Shown here in pieces: positions 1-10,700 of a DNA stretch of 64,000 nt. The translations under genes were made by a program, and so were the position numbers. The notes under the pieces are model-generated. The model ran no database searches. It was not told where the DNA came from and was given only the letters and a program-made list of their open reading frames with translations. This DNA comes from an uncultured Gemmatimonadales bacterium (GTDB lineage: Bacteria; Gemmatimonadota; Gemmatimonadetes; Longimicrobiales; RSA9). Numbering within the stretch: position 1 is the stretch's first letter; the number at the start of each line of letters is the position of its first letter. The stretch is taken from contig CAWCUS010000003.1 of the NCBI GenBank assembly GCA_963798845.1, positions 64,001-128,000 of the forward strand, read 5' to 3'.

Positions 1-1
1 G

Positions 2-427
2 GTGGTCTGGGATCTCCGCGCCCCGCCGCCGGAGGTGGTCAACAACGAGCGGCGCCTGGGCCGCCGGGTCGTCGACCAGGTTGCCCACCAGATCGCGGAG
101 ACCTTCCCGGTGGACCGGATGGCGGCGCAGCTGCGTTCGGCGTGGGACCAGGTGCCCGGACTCGACGACATCCGCGCCGACCTGGCCGACCGCGCGGCCG
201 GCGCCCGCGCCCGCGCCACCGATGCGCGCGCGTACCTGGCCGAGCGCCTCGAGGGCCTGCACGTGCCGCATGTGCCCACGCTGGACGAGGTGCGCGAACG
301 GGTGCGCAACCGTTTCGACCAGGTGCCGGAGGTCTCCATCGACGAGGTCGCCCGGAGAACGCGTCGGATCCTCCTGGAAGCGCTGTCCGTCCAGCTGCTC
401 GCGACCACGGGGCCGCTTCCGGCGTGA
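2..427 (+). CDS. C-terminal part of a probable acyl-CoA (fatty acid) desaturase family protein, 5' truncated by window edge
   Basis: Open from window start; VWDLRAPPPEVVNNERRLGRRV resembles the C-terminal extension following the desaturase domain in bacterial acyl-CoA desaturases (recalled similarity; His boxes not in window). Confidence 0.5.
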   Translation: MVWDLRAPPPEVVNNERRLGRRVVDQVAHQIAETFPVDRMAAQLRSAWDQVPGLDDIRADLADRAAGARARATDARAYLAERLEGLHVPHVPTLDEVRERVRNRFDQVPEVSIDEVARRTRRILLEALSVQLLATTGPLPA

Positions 428-535
428 TCGGCGCAGGCGCGGCAGGTTCCGCGACGTCCACGCCAGCGGCGCGGAACGGCCGGCTCCGTCGACGCTGAAA
501 CCCGTCCAACACAGACACCTCACCTCTCGAACGCC

Positions 536-1009
536 ATGGCCAATCCGACTGCGACCATCGACACCAACCGCGGCACCATCCGGGTGGAGCTCTTCGAGGA
601 CCGCGCGCCCGGGACCACCGGCAACTTCATTGAGCTCGCCGAAAAAGGCTTCTACGACGGGGTGATCTTTCATCGCGTCATCGAGGGCTTCATGATCCAG
701 GGCGGCGACCCGGAGGGGAGCGGCCGTGGCGGGCCGGGCTACACCATCCCCGATGAATTCCACCCCGAGCTCCGTCACGACGGGAAGGGGATTCTCTCCA
801 TGGCGAATGCCGGTCCCGACACGGGCGGCTCCCAGTTCTTCATCACGCTGGCGCCCACCCCGTGGCTGGACGATCGCCACGCGGTCTTCGGCCGCGTGAT
901 CGAGGGGATGGAGGTCGTCGACGAGATCGGGAGCGTGGACACCGGCGCGGGCGACAGGCCGCGCAAGGAGGTCCGCATGGAGACGGTCACCGTCGAGCGC
1001 GGAGACTAG
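536..1009 (+). CDS. Cyclophilin-type peptidyl-prolyl cis-trans isomerase
   Basis: [49 protein letters not shown] signature motifs. Confidence 0.97.
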   Translation: MANPTATIDTNRGTIRVELFEDRAPGTTGNFIELAEKGFYDGVIFHRVIEGFMIQGGDPEGSGRGGPGYTIPDEFHPELRHDGKGILSMANAGPDTGGSQFFITLAPTPWLDDRHAVFGRVIEGMEVVDEIGSVDTGAGDRPRKEVRMETVTVERGD

Positions 1010-1770
1010 GCCGGGCGCGACCTCTCGGGAGCCAGCTCCTCCCCCGTCAGCGGCTCGACCAGGCCGTGCGCGCGGAGCAGCTCGGCGTCCGCCAGGATCT
1101 CCGGGATCGCACCCGTCGCCGCGACCCGGCCGCCCGCCAGCACCAGCGCCCTGCCGCACGCGGCCGCGGCCAGATCCAGGTCGTGCGTGGCGAGGATCAG
1201 CGTTTCTCGCCGTGAGCGGAGCAGCCGTGCTACCGTTGCCCTCGCCCTGGCATCCAGTCCCGCTGTGGGCTCGTCCAGTACCAGGATCGACGGACGCGAG
1301 ACCAGGACCGTGGCCAGCGCGGCCAGGCGCCGCTCTCCTCCGCTGAGGTGATGCGCCGCCCGCTCCGCGTGCGCGGCCAGCCCCAGTGCCTCCAGTTGCG
1401 CGCGCGCCCGAGACTCCGCCTCGGGCGCCGACTCGCCGGCGTTCAGCGGCGCGAACGCCACATCCTCCAGCAGTGTCGGGAGGAAGAGCTGGTCGTCCGC
1501 GTCCTGGAAGACGAAGCCCACCCGCCGGCGCACGGCCCGGACCGATGCGTCGCTCACCACCATGCCCTCCACCACCACACGCCCGCTCGTGGCCCGCAGA
1601 AGCCCGTTCGTGTGGAGCAGGAGCGTGCTCTTCCCCGCACCGTTGGCGCCCAGGACCGCGACCCGATCCCCCGCGCCGACCCCCCACGTCACCCCGGACA
1701 GGACGGGATTCCCGCCCGGGTAGGCGAAGTCCACGTCCTCGAATCGGAGCACTTCCGCCATTGCGCTCAT
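1006..1770 (-). CDS. cbiO: ECF-type Co/Ni transporter ATPase (CbiO/NikO)
   Basis: Walker [10 protein letters not shown]-loop [16 protein letters not shown] signature, LDEPT; start ATG at 1770 overlaps the cbiQ stop (ATGA). Confidence 0.9.
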   Translation of the reverse strand: MSAMAEVLRFEDVDFAYPGGNPVLSGVTWGVGAGDRVAVLGANGAGKSTLLLHTNGLLRATSGRVVVEGMVVSDASVRAVRRRVGFVFQDADDQLFLPTLLEDVAFAPLNAGESAPEAESRARAQLEALGLAAHAERAAHHLSGGERRLAALATVLVSRPSILVLDEPTAGLDARARATVARLLRSRRETLILATHDLDLAAAACGRALVLAGGRVAATGAIPEILADAELLRAHGLVEPLTGEELAPERSRPA

Positions 1771-2528
1771 ACCAGCGCGCTCGCCACGATGGCCCCGACC
1801 AGGACCGCCAGCACGCCCAGCTCGAGCATCGGCCGCCCAACGGCTTCCGGCGCCCGCAGGACGGGGAGCGTCCCGTCGTACCCGCGGCTGAGCATGGCGT
1901 GGTAGACCCGCTCGCTCCGATCCAGGCTCCGCTGCACGGCCGCGGCCGTGACCCCGACCAGCACGCGACGACGTGAGGCGCTGCCGGCACCCGCGTTCCG
2001 ACTCCTCGCCGCCCGCCGCAGCCGGTCGACCTCGTCCGACAACGTGTACAGGAATCGGTACGCGAGCCCCAGCGACGACGTCACCACCCGCGGCAGCCGC
2101 AGGGCCCGCAGCGCCACGATCAGGTCGTTGAAGCGCGTGGTGCTGACCAGCACCACCGCCGCCCCGATCGCGACGGCCGCACGACCTGCCGCCGAGCCGA
2201 ACCGCAGCAGCCCGGCGTCGGTTACGGTCACGCCCCCGACACGGAGCACCGGGGCGCCCGGGACGAGAAAGAGGATCGCGACGGAGACCAGGATGACCAG
2301 GGCCAGCGGCGGTGCCAGCCGGGTCAGGAACGGGCGGGGTCGGATCCGGGCGAGGGCGGCGAGGGCGAGCACGAGCGCGGCCAGCGCGCCCAGCTGCGGC
2401 CATGCACCGAGGGGGAGGAGGGCCGCGCCGGTCGCCACGAGGACCGTGCCGACCAGGCGCACGGTGGGGGAACGGCGCGTCAACGCCGAGTCAACGTGCG
2501 CGTATTCGTCGATATGGTGGAAGCTCAC
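1767..2528 (-). CDS. cbiQ: ECF-type Co/Ni transporter T component (CbiQ/NikQ)
   Basis: Hydrophobic; YRFLYTLSDE, AARSR and AMLSRGYDG motifs; translationally coupled between cbiM and cbiO. Confidence 0.9.
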   Translation of the reverse strand: MSFHHIDEYAHVDSALTRRSPTVRLVGTVLVATGAALLPLGAWPQLGALAALVLALAALARIRPRPFLTRLAPPLALVILVSVAILFLVPGAPVLRVGGVTVTDAGLLRFGSAAGRAAVAIGAAVVLVSTTRFNDLIVALRALRLPRVVTSSLGLAYRFLYTLSDEVDRLRRAARSRNAGAGSASRRRVLVGVTAAAVQRSLDRSERVYHAMLSRGYDGTLPVLRAPEAVGRPMLELGVLAVLVGAIVASALV

Positions 2529-3442
2529 GCCGCCCCGCGCGGCCGACCCGCCAGCCGGAACACGATCCAGCCCACCAGGAACACCACGGCCACCCCGATC
2601 AGCCCGGCCAGCCAGGCCCCTCCAACGGGCGACGCGTACCGGGCCAGCGGCGACGCCGACGCCCCGGTCGGCGCGTGCAGGCCCACCGCCGCCGCTGCGT
2701 TCTCGAGGGCATCAGGCAGGCTCGACGCCCACGTGGCGGCGGACAGTGCCACCACCACCGCTGCCGCCCCCGCCACGGCCACCACCCGCCCCCGCCGCGT
2801 CACGGGCGCGTCCGTGCGCAGAAGCTCCGGGCGCGATCGCAGCACCGTCGACAGCACGCCCGCCGTGATCACGGCCTCGGTGACGCCCACGACAACGTGC
2901 GCTCCACCCACAGCCATCACCGCGGTCCGCATGGGTACCACGCCCGACAAACCCAGCTCGACCCCCACCGCGGTCCCAGTCGCGAGCGCCGACACGAACG
3001 CCGCCGCGGCCGCCGCGGCGATCCGGCCGCGCCCGCGATCCCCCAGCGCCAGCACCCCCCACCGATACACCAGCCAGCCGCCGCCCGCGCCGATCACGGC
3101 GAGGTTGAACGCGTTGGCCCCCAGCGCCGTGATCCCGCCATCCTGGAACAACAGCGCCTGCACCAGCACCACGGAGAACATGGCGAGCATCCCCGCCCAC
3201 GGGCCGGCGATCGCCGCCACCAGGACCCCACCCAGCAGGTGCGCGCTCGTGCCCGCCCCCAGCGGGAAGTTGAACATCTGGGCGGCAAACACGAATGCGG
3301 TCGTGGCGCCCAGGACCGGAGCCTCGCGCTCGCCCAGCGTCCCGCGCGTCCGGTGGGCCGCCATGCCGAGCGCCACGGCGCTCATCGCCGCCGTCCCCGC
3401 CAGCACCGAAGGGCTGAGGAATCCGTCCGGAATGTGGGCCAC
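2525..3442 (-). CDS. cbiM: ECF-type Co/Ni transporter S component CbiM/NikM fused to a PDGLE-like domain
   Basis: N-terminal HIPDGFL metal-binding motif, GTSAHLLGG, LFQDGGITALGAN; C-terminal SSLPDALE. Confidence 0.9.
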   Translation of the reverse strand: MAHIPDGFLSPSVLAGTAAMSAVALGMAAHRTRGTLGEREAPVLGATTAFVFAAQMFNFPLGAGTSAHLLGGVLVAAIAGPWAGMLAMFSVVLVQALLFQDGGITALGANAFNLAVIGAGGGWLVYRWGVLALGDRGRGRIAAAAAAAFVSALATGTAVGVELGLSGVVPMRTAVMAVGGAHVVVGVTEAVITAGVLSTVLRSRPELLRTDAPVTRRGRVVAVAGAAAVVVALSAATWASSLPDALENAAAAVGLHAPTGASASPLARYASPVGGAWLAGLIGVAVVFLVGWIVFRLAGRPRGAA

Positions 3443-3467
3443 GAATCGATCTCCTCGGGAGTTCGAG

Positions 3468-3500
3468 TTGATCGTAACCGCCCGGCCGCCCCGCGATCAA
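3468..3500 (-). promoter_or_regulatory. Putative cbiMQO promoter embedded in an inverted repeat (possible metalloregulator operator)
   Basis: Minus strand TTGATC-N18-TACGAT; perfect inverted repeat TTGATCG-N19-CGATCAA spans both boxes. Confidence 0.45.
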
Positions 3501-3634
3501 GCCGGAAAACGCCGAGCCTCGCTGTGGGGGAACCTCCCTCCGCCCGCTCCCGATCGGCCCCCCGCACTCTCGCCCCGCCCCGGGCAGCGGCGTATTCTCC
3601 CTCGGAACTGCAACGAGACCACAGGGAGCGAGCC

Positions 3635-4507
3635 GTGCCCCCCTACACTGCGGAAGATCTCGTCGATCTCCTCGAGCTGGAGCCGCTGGAGTACAACATC
3701 TACCGCGGCCGCAACCGGGACATCGGCACGCCCCAGATCTACGGCGGCCAGGTGCTCGCCCAATCCCTGGTGGCCGCCAGCAGGACCGTGGACGAGGACC
3801 GCCCGATCCACTCGCTGCACGGCTATTTCATCCTGCCGGGCGAGCTCGACGCCCCCGTCGTGTACTTCGTCGACCGCCTCCGGGACGGAGGGAGCTTCAC
3901 CACTCGAAGAGTGACCGGGATTCAGCGAGGGAAGGCCATCTTCAACATGTCGGCATCCTTCCATCGCGAGGAGCCCGGGCCCGACCATCAGACGCCCATG
4001 CCGGCTGTGCCGGACCCGGAGGATCTTCCCTCCGAGCTCGACCTGCTCCGCGCCATGCGCGACCGAATCCCGGAGAAGCTCCGCGACGTCCTCACACAGG
4101 ATCGCCCGCTGGACTGGCGACCCGTGGACCCGGTCGACCCGTTCGACCCGGAGCCGCGCCCGCCCCTCCGCCGCACCTGGGTCCGCGCCATGGGCAGGGT
4201 GGACTCCCCGCTCCACCACCGGGCGATCCTCGCCTACGCCTCCGACTACGGAATCCTCGGTTCTGCCCTCCAGCCCCACGGCATCACGTACCGCCGCGGC
4301 AATGTGATGGTCGCCTCACTCGACCACGCCATCTGGTTCCACCGCCCCTTCCGCGTCGATGAATGGCTCCTCTACGCCATGGAGAGCCCCTCCGCCGCCG
4401 GCGCACTCGGCTTCGGGCGCGGCGCGTTCTACACCCGCGAGGGAGTGCTCGTGGCGTCCGTCGCCCAGGAGGGACTGGTCCGGGTGCTCGACGGGACCGG
4501 GAAGTAG
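3635..4507 (+). CDS. tesB: Acyl-CoA thioesterase II
   Basis: IYGGQVLAQS, HSLHGYFILPG, RDGGSFTTRRV, ASLDHAIWFHRP, SVAQEGL; GTG start after GGGAG. Confidence 0.95.
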   Translation: MPPYTAEDLVDLLELEPLEYNIYRGRNRDIGTPQIYGGQVLAQSLVAASRTVDEDRPIHSLHGYFILPGELDAPVVYFVDRLRDGGSFTTRRVTGIQRGKAIFNMSASFHREEPGPDHQTPMPAVPDPEDLPSELDLLRAMRDRIPEKLRDVLTQDRPLDWRPVDPVDPFDPEPRPPLRRTWVRAMGRVDSPLHHRAILAYASDYGILGSALQPHGITYRRGNVMVASLDHAIWFHRPFRVDEWLLYAMESPSAAGALGFGRGAFYTREGVLVASVAQEGLVRVLDGTGK

Positions 4508-4596
4508 GCACGCACGGGAACGGCGGGCGAGGCCGTCGCCTGCGACCCCGTCCCGCCGCCTCTCGCCGTCACCGCGGCGCCACCGCCGCTCGACCG

Positions 4597-5526
4597 CTAT
4601 GCTGCCGCGGACTCCGTCTCGGCCCGGCGCGTGCTGTGTCCAACCAGCACGGGGACCGGCGACGCACGCACGACCTTGTCCGCCACGCTCCCGAGCACCG
4701 CACGCGCCACGGTGCTCCGGCGGTGCGTCCCCACCGCCACCAGGTCGCACCCCAGGTCGTCGATCGCGGTCAGGATCCCGCGCGCCGGGTGGTACGCCCG
4801 CACCAGATGCGCGCGGCTGTTCAGGTCCGCCGGGAGACGCGCTTGCGTGGCCGCCAGCCCTTCCTCCGCCTCCCGCTCCCGCGCCGCGCTCAGGTCGCGG
4901 TCCATCTCCGCAGCGTGCGGGATGTAGGGCGAAGCCAGGCCGCCGGGCACGGACACGACGCGGAGCACGGTGAGGCGAGCGTCGAAGAGTCGTGTGAGCG
5001 CGACCGCGTGGTCCACGGCCGCCTCGGCGGCCTCCGTCCCGTCCGTCGCGGCGAGAACGTGCCGCGGAGCCGCGTCCGGCGGCACGCCCTCGCCGTTCTC
5101 CGGACGCACCAGGAGCACGGGGACCGAGGCGTGCCGGACCACGTTGTCCGCTACGCTCCCCAGCCACGCCCGCTCCACGCCGCCGCGCCCGTGCGTGGCC
5201 ATGACCACCAGGTCCGACTCTCTCCCGGACAAGTCCACGATGGACGCCGCCACTTCGCCTTCCATCAGCGCCGCTCGCGTCGCGATTCCATCATCCCGGA
5301 GCCGGCGCGCCCGCTCGTTGAGGTAGTCGACCTCGCGCTCGTGCAAAGCCGTCTGCCATTCGTCCAGCGCCATCACCGCCATCTCCACCGCGTACCGGTA
5401 CGTGGCGGCGTGCACGAGAGTGAGAGTGAGATCGGCGCCGGCGAGGCGCGCGATGGGACGCGCCCAGGCCAGCGCATGCTCGGAAAAGGTCGAGCCGTCC
5501 AGTGGGACCAGCACGCGACGATACAT
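4597..5526 (-). CDS. Tandem-domain universal stress protein
   Basis: Two USP domains: VLVPLDGS...MATHGRGG...LGSVAD and VLAATDG...VGTHRR...LGSVADKV. Confidence 0.93.
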   Translation of the reverse strand: MYRRVLVPLDGSTFSEHALAWARPIARLAGADLTLTLVHAATYRYAVEMAVMALDEWQTALHEREVDYLNERARRLRDDGIATRAALMEGEVAASIVDLSGRESDLVVMATHGRGGVERAWLGSVADNVVRHASVPVLLVRPENGEGVPPDAAPRHVLAATDGTEAAEAAVDHAVALTRLFDARLTVLRVVSVPGGLASPYIPHAAEMDRDLSAAREREAEEGLAATQARLPADLNSRAHLVRAYHPARGILTAIDDLGCDLVAVGTHRRSTVARAVLGSVADKVVRASPVPVLVGHSTRRAETESAAA

Positions 5527-5768
5527 GCCCCCTCCTGGCGGACGCCAAGCGGCCCCGCGCTCACCCGTGGTCCAGACGGACGGCGCCGTCGAGCGCCTGG
5601 CCCGGCGGCCGACTACCGGACCCCGACGCCCTGGGCCGCCGGGTGAGCGCCGCCGCTCGCGTTGCCGCCGCTCATGGCCATTCCTCCCTCGGGTCCATAC
5701 GGCCCCGCACCTCGAATATGGGCGCCAGGCCACCGGCCCGACATGATGTCGTGGGCCGCACCGAGCCG

Positions 5769-6491
5769 TCAGACCGCGCCCAGAAGCAGGTCGACGGCGG
5801 CAGAGAAGGAAGGGACGCGTGGGAAGCCGTTGTGCAGCGGCTCCACGACGTCGTGGTGCCAGGGGCGGGCCGCTTCCACCAGGATGGCGCCGGCACCGAT
5901 CTCCAGCGCCGGGTTGATGTCGCTGCGGAGGCTGTTGCCCACCATGCAGGCGCGGACGGGGTCGTGGATGTCGAACTCCGCGAGCGTGCGACGGAGCGTT
6001 TCCGCCGTCTTCACGGGCACCACGCGGACCCTGGCTTCGCCGACCGCGGCCACGGCGCCGGATTCGCGCAGGCAGCCGAGCTGGTAGTCGGTGTCACCGG
6101 ACTGCGTGTACAGGACCGTGGGCAGCCCGGCGGCCAGTCGCTTGAGCGCATCCATCGCGCCGTCGAGCGCCGGCGGCGTGCCGGCGACGGCATCGCCGAG
6201 CGCCCCGCACCGCTCGAGCAACGCGGCATCCAGGGCCCGCCCCGATCGCCCGCACAGCACGCGGTAGGTTTCCCGGAATGCCACGCCCATGCGCCGCGGC
6301 CCGAACCCGAAGCGCACACGCATCCCCGGATCCACGTCTTCATGGTGCACCCGCTCGATGAGGGCGTGCTCGAAGCCTTCCGCTTCCAGGAGGTCGAACA
6401 GGGAATCCCGCGCTTCGGCGAAGCGAGGCGCAGTGTCCACCAGCGTGTCGTCGAAATCGACGAGTACGAGATCGGGCGTTCTTCTCTGCAT
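5769..6491 (-). CDS. HAD-superfamily hydrolase
   Basis: Motif I DFDDTLVDT; motif IV MVGNSLRSDINPA. Confidence 0.88.
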   Translation of the reverse strand: MQRRTPDLVLVDFDDTLVDTAPRFAEARDSLFDLLEAEGFEHALIERVHHEDVDPGMRVRFGFGPRRMGVAFRETYRVLCGRSGRALDAALLERCGALGDAVAGTPPALDGAMDALKRLAAGLPTVLYTQSGDTDYQLGCLRESGAVAAVGEARVRVVPVKTAETLRRTLAEFDIHDPVRACMVGNSLRSDINPALEIGAGAILVEAARPWHHDVVEPLHNGFPRVPSFSAAVDLLLGAV

Positions 6492-6641
6492 GGCCCGCCA
6501 AGTTGAACGCCTCCGCCGGCGTCGCGCAACGGGTTCCAGAGTCGCGGAAGCTGCCTGTTCCACCGTGCGTCGCGGAAGTCGCGCTTCGCGACCACATCCC
6601 CCATCTTCTCCCTGGCTGGCGGAGCGGATCAGTGTTCGGGG

Positions 6642-6890
6642 GTGGCGATACGCCCTTCCCGCGAGCCGCTCCTCGCCCGCGCCCTGGACGACGCCAGGCG
6701 CAGTCTCGAAGTCGTCGACGCGGACCGGCTCCTGACCTTCCCGGCCGAGCGTCGCCTCGGCCACCGGATCGCCGCCTTCTGGTCCGAGCCAGAGAGCCGC
6801 ACCGCCTCCTCCTGGACCGACCACCCGGACATCAACGCGGTCATGCACGCCACGGCCCTCGCCCCGGATGGGTGGCTCGGGTCGGTCTAG
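6642..6890 (+). CDS. Short hypothetical protein or gene remnant
   Basis: 82-aa ORF filling the gap and converging on nei; protein-like composition (FWSEPESR...WTDHPDINAVMHATALAPDG); start uncertain. Confidence 0.35.
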   Translation: MAIRPSREPLLARALDDARRSLEVVDADRLLTFPAERRLGHRIAAFWSEPESRTASSWTDHPDINAVMHATALAPDGWLGSV

Positions 6891-7723
6891 GCACCCAGAC
6901 GGGCTCGCTCCGTTCCCGTGTCCGGGTTGGCCCCTCCCTGGCAGGCGGGGCAGAAGTACGTCGCCCGGGCCGTGTCTCCCTGGCGGAACCACTCGATCGG
7001 GCTGCCGCACTCCAGGCACGGCCGTCCCGCGCGCCGGTAGACCCGGAGTCGCGGGCTCGACGGGAGGGGTCGCGCCCGCAGCGGGATCGACGTGGGCCGC
7101 CCGGTCCGCAGGTTGAGCCGCAGGAGGCGGGCGGCGGTGTCGTAGATACGGGCGAGGTCGTCGGGATCGAGGTCGCTCACGCGCGTGCGCGGGTCCACCC
7201 GCGCGGCGAAGAGCGTCTCGCTCTTCCAGATGTTGCCGATCCCGGCGGCGATCCGCTGGTCCAGGAGCACGTCGCCGATCTCGCGTTCGGCGAGCGCGGG
7301 GTGCCGGGCGCGCCGCACCGCTTCCCCAATGTCGGGAGGGTCCGCGAGGAGGTCGGGACCGAGGCGCGCCAGCCTGGGGTGGCTGCGCAGCGTGGCCGTG
7401 CGCAGCGGCTCGGCCGTGTACGCCCGCTCGCACAGGTAGACGGCGCTGCCGCTGACGAGGGCGGCGGTCGTGCGGGCGGGCCACCGCTGGGCGGCGTGCA
7501 GGCGCGACCACCGCCCGTGCATCCCCAGGTGCACCCGCAGGCTCCAACCGCCCTCCAGATGGACCATGAGGTGCTTGCCCCGGGCTTCCACGGCCGTCAC
7601 CGTCCGACCCGTCAGCTCCTCCACGTCGCCCCGGTCGCGCAGCCAGACCCGGTCGAGCGGACGACCGGCCAGTGCGGACCTCAGGCGAGCCGCGATACGG
7701 TGGACGGTGTCGCCTTCCGGCAC
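6887..7723 (-). CDS. nei: Fpg/Nei family DNA glycosylase/AP lyase
   Basis: N-terminal PEG catalytic motif, RGKHL, HLGMHG, H2TH LLDQRIAAGIGNIWKSE, C-terminal zinc finger CLEC...CPAC. Confidence 0.93.
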   Translation of the reverse strand: MPEGDTVHRIAARLRSALAGRPLDRVWLRDRGDVEELTGRTVTAVEARGKHLMVHLEGGWSLRVHLGMHGRWSRLHAAQRWPARTTAALVSGSAVYLCERAYTAEPLRTATLRSHPRLARLGPDLLADPPDIGEAVRRARHPALAEREIGDVLLDQRIAAGIGNIWKSETLFAARVDPRTRVSDLDPDDLARIYDTAARLLRLNLRTGRPTSIPLRARPLPSSPRLRVYRRAGRPCLECGSPIEWFRQGDTARATYFCPACQGGANPDTGTERARLGA

Positions 7724-7730
7724 GCCCGGA

Positions 7731-10700
7731 TCACTCCGCCGCCACGCGGATGAACCGGTAGTCCGCGACGTAGCCCGCCCCGACCAGCACCGCCTTCAGC
7801 GACGATCTGAACGCCGGTTCCCCGTCCACCTCTTCCAGCGAAAGAGCGCCGCGCGGGTGACGGCGCGCCACGTCGCGCAGCGCCGGCACCGCGCGTGTCA
7901 CCATCTCTCGATCGGCGCCGGAGAAGGTGCGCAGGCGACGGCCCCGCCGGTCGAGGAACAGCGCCGGCACCCCGCCCACGAGCACGACCGCAGCCCCCGT
8001 CGACCTCGTGGGTGGCCGCCCTCCCGTTTCCGTCAGCTCGGGCCACGGCAGGAGCCAGCCGTACGGATTGGCCGGGTCCGAAGCAGCCAGGACGACGACT
8101 CCTTCCTCGCCGGCGTCGTCCCGGATCCCGCGCAGCCGGTCCACGATCCCGGGGTAGGCGAACTGGGCGCCGCCCAGACCCTCCACGAAGTAGCCGCGCC
8201 GGGCCTTCCCCGCCTCTTCCATCGACCGGAGCACCTGGTAGACGGAGGAGAAGCCGCCGCCGAGCGCCTCCACTGCCGCGGTCTCACGCGCCACCAGACC
8301 ATGCCTGTCCAGGAGCGTCGACGCCCACGCAGCCGCCCGCTCCGTCGAGCTCACCGGCCACCGCACCAGGTCCCGAACCAGCGACCACCGGCCGCCCGGG
8401 GACCCGACCCCGCCCGCGTGCAGCGACGAGACCGGCGCCCACGCCGCCCTGCGTCCGTGCCGCCCGACCGGCCCCGGGCGCCCGTGTGAGCCGGGCCAAT
8501 GCCCGGATCCGGGGCGCCCCGGACTCGACCGCGAACGTACGCCAAGCGACCGGAGCGCCGCGAAGGTGTCATTGGTCACCAGGCCCGCCCACACGAGGTC
8601 CCAGAGGGCTTCCAGGACCCGCTCCGCCTCGCGGCTGCCGGCCCCGCCCTGCCCCTCCGGGAGGCCGCCGTCCGGCGCGCCCACCCCCGCCACGAGCTCT
8701 CCATGGAACAATGCGCCCCGCCGCTCCAGGTGCTCGAGGATGGCCTGATGGCGCTCGCCGAACCCCTCCACCCGCTCGCACGCGTCCTCCATCACCGGCG
8801 GCACGAGGAGGCGGTCCACGCGGTCGCGGCGGTAGAGCAGAATGCGGCCGTCGTCGCCGCGGAGCGGCGAGTGCCCCACCCACACCAGCCACCCCATGGC
8901 CCCGAGGTCGTCCAGCTGCGACGGATGGAAGGTGCGCACGCGGGACGGCAGGATCATCCGGACCAGCTCCCGGTAGCTCAGCGGGATTCCCTCCAGCTGC
9001 GCCACCGCTTCCTCCAGCCGCTCGTACGGGTCGCCGGCGGCGCGGTGCCAGACGGGGAGGAAGCGGGCCAGCACGGACGCGGGCACCGGGGCGACCTGAC
9101 CCCGCAGCCTGGCGATCGTGCGCCGCTTGATCTGGCGAAGCACGTCCGGCTCGACCCACTCCTCCGTGTCCCGGCCCGGCCGGAACTCCCCGCGCAGCAG
9201 CCGCTCCTCCACCGACTCCAGCAGCAGCCTCACCTGCGCCGGGACGAGGCCCCAGCGCCCTGCCACTTCCGCCGGCGTGAACGGGCCGTGCGTCCTCGCC
9301 CACCGCAGCAGCAGCGCTTCCACCGGCCGCTCCACCGGCTCGAGAAACACCGCGGCCACCCCGGCCGGCGGCGCTGTGCCCAGCGCGTCCCGGTAGAGCC
9401 CCGCATCCTCGACGGCGATCCACGCATCGCGACCACCGACGCGCACCCGCACCACCCGGCGCGCCCGCTCCAGCTCGTCCAGCCACTCCGCAGGGTCCTC
9501 GGCCGATCGCTCCCGCACTTCCTCCAGCGTGAGGTCCCCCAGCTCCCGCAGGGTGTCGTGCAGCGCGTCGGCGTGGCGAGCCCGGCGAGGCTCCGTCCGG
9601 CGCTGGAGCTGCGCTTCGACTTCCGCGATCACGTCGGCGTCCAGCAGATCCCGCAGGTCCGCTTCCCCCAGCAGCTCACGCAGCAGGGTCACGTCCACGG
9701 ACAGCGCCTGTGCGCGCCGCTCCGCCGCCGGGCTGTCCCCCTCGTACAGGTACGCGGCCACGTACGCGTACACGAGCGACCGGGCGAACGGCGACGCGCT
9801 CCGCGTCTCCGCCTCGTGCACTCGCACCTCCCGCCGCTGCACCGCGCTCAGCACGTCCCTTAGGGCAGGGACGTCGAACACGTCCTGGAGGCAGGACCGG
9901 TACGTCTCCATGACGATCGGGAAGTTGGGGTACTGCATGGCCACGGACATGAGCTTCTGCGCCCGCAGCCGCTGCGCGAAGAGCGGCGTCCTCTGACCGG
10001 GCCGCCGCCGCGGCAGCAGCAGCGCACGCGCCGCGTTCTCCCGGAACTGGCTCGCGAAGAGCGGTGAGCGCGCCAGCTCCTCCAGAAGTCGCTCCTCCAG
10101 CTCCTCCTCGTCAGGGATCAGGAGGTCCGTCCCCGGCGGCTCGTCTCCGTCGGCGATGGTAAGGACGATGCCATCGTCGCTCCACACCGCCTGGACGTCA
10201 TAGCCCACGCGCTCGCTCACGATGCCGCGGATCGCCAGCGCCCACGGCGCGTGCACCCGGGCGCCGAACGGCGTCATGATGCACACCCGCCAGTCGCCGA
10301 GCTCGTCGCGGAACCGCTCCACCGTGATGTCCCGGTCCGTGGGAAGCGTGCCCGTGGCCTCCCGCTGCTCGGCCAGGTAGTCGAGGAGGTTGCGAGCCGC
10401 GAGCGGATCCAGGCCGTCCGCGCCGGTGAGGCGGCGGAGGGCGTCGTCCTCCGCCATGGTCGACAGCTCCCGCGTGAACGCGCCCACGGCGCGACCCAGC
10501 TCCAGCGGACGACCCGGCCCCTCCCCCTTCCAGAACGGCAGCCGACCGGGCTCCCCCGGCGCCGGCTCCACCAGCACCCGGTCCCGCGTGATCTCCTGGA
10601 TCCGCCACGTGCTGGCCCCCAGCGTGAAGGTCTGCCCGGGACGGCTCTCGTGGACCATCTCCTCGTCCAGCTCCCCCACCCGCGGACCGCCCTCGCCCAT

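Noticed and set aside
3443..3634. Cobalamin or NiCo riboswitch upstream of cbiM
   Set aside because: No B12-box motifs seen, and the apparent promoter is too close to the start codon
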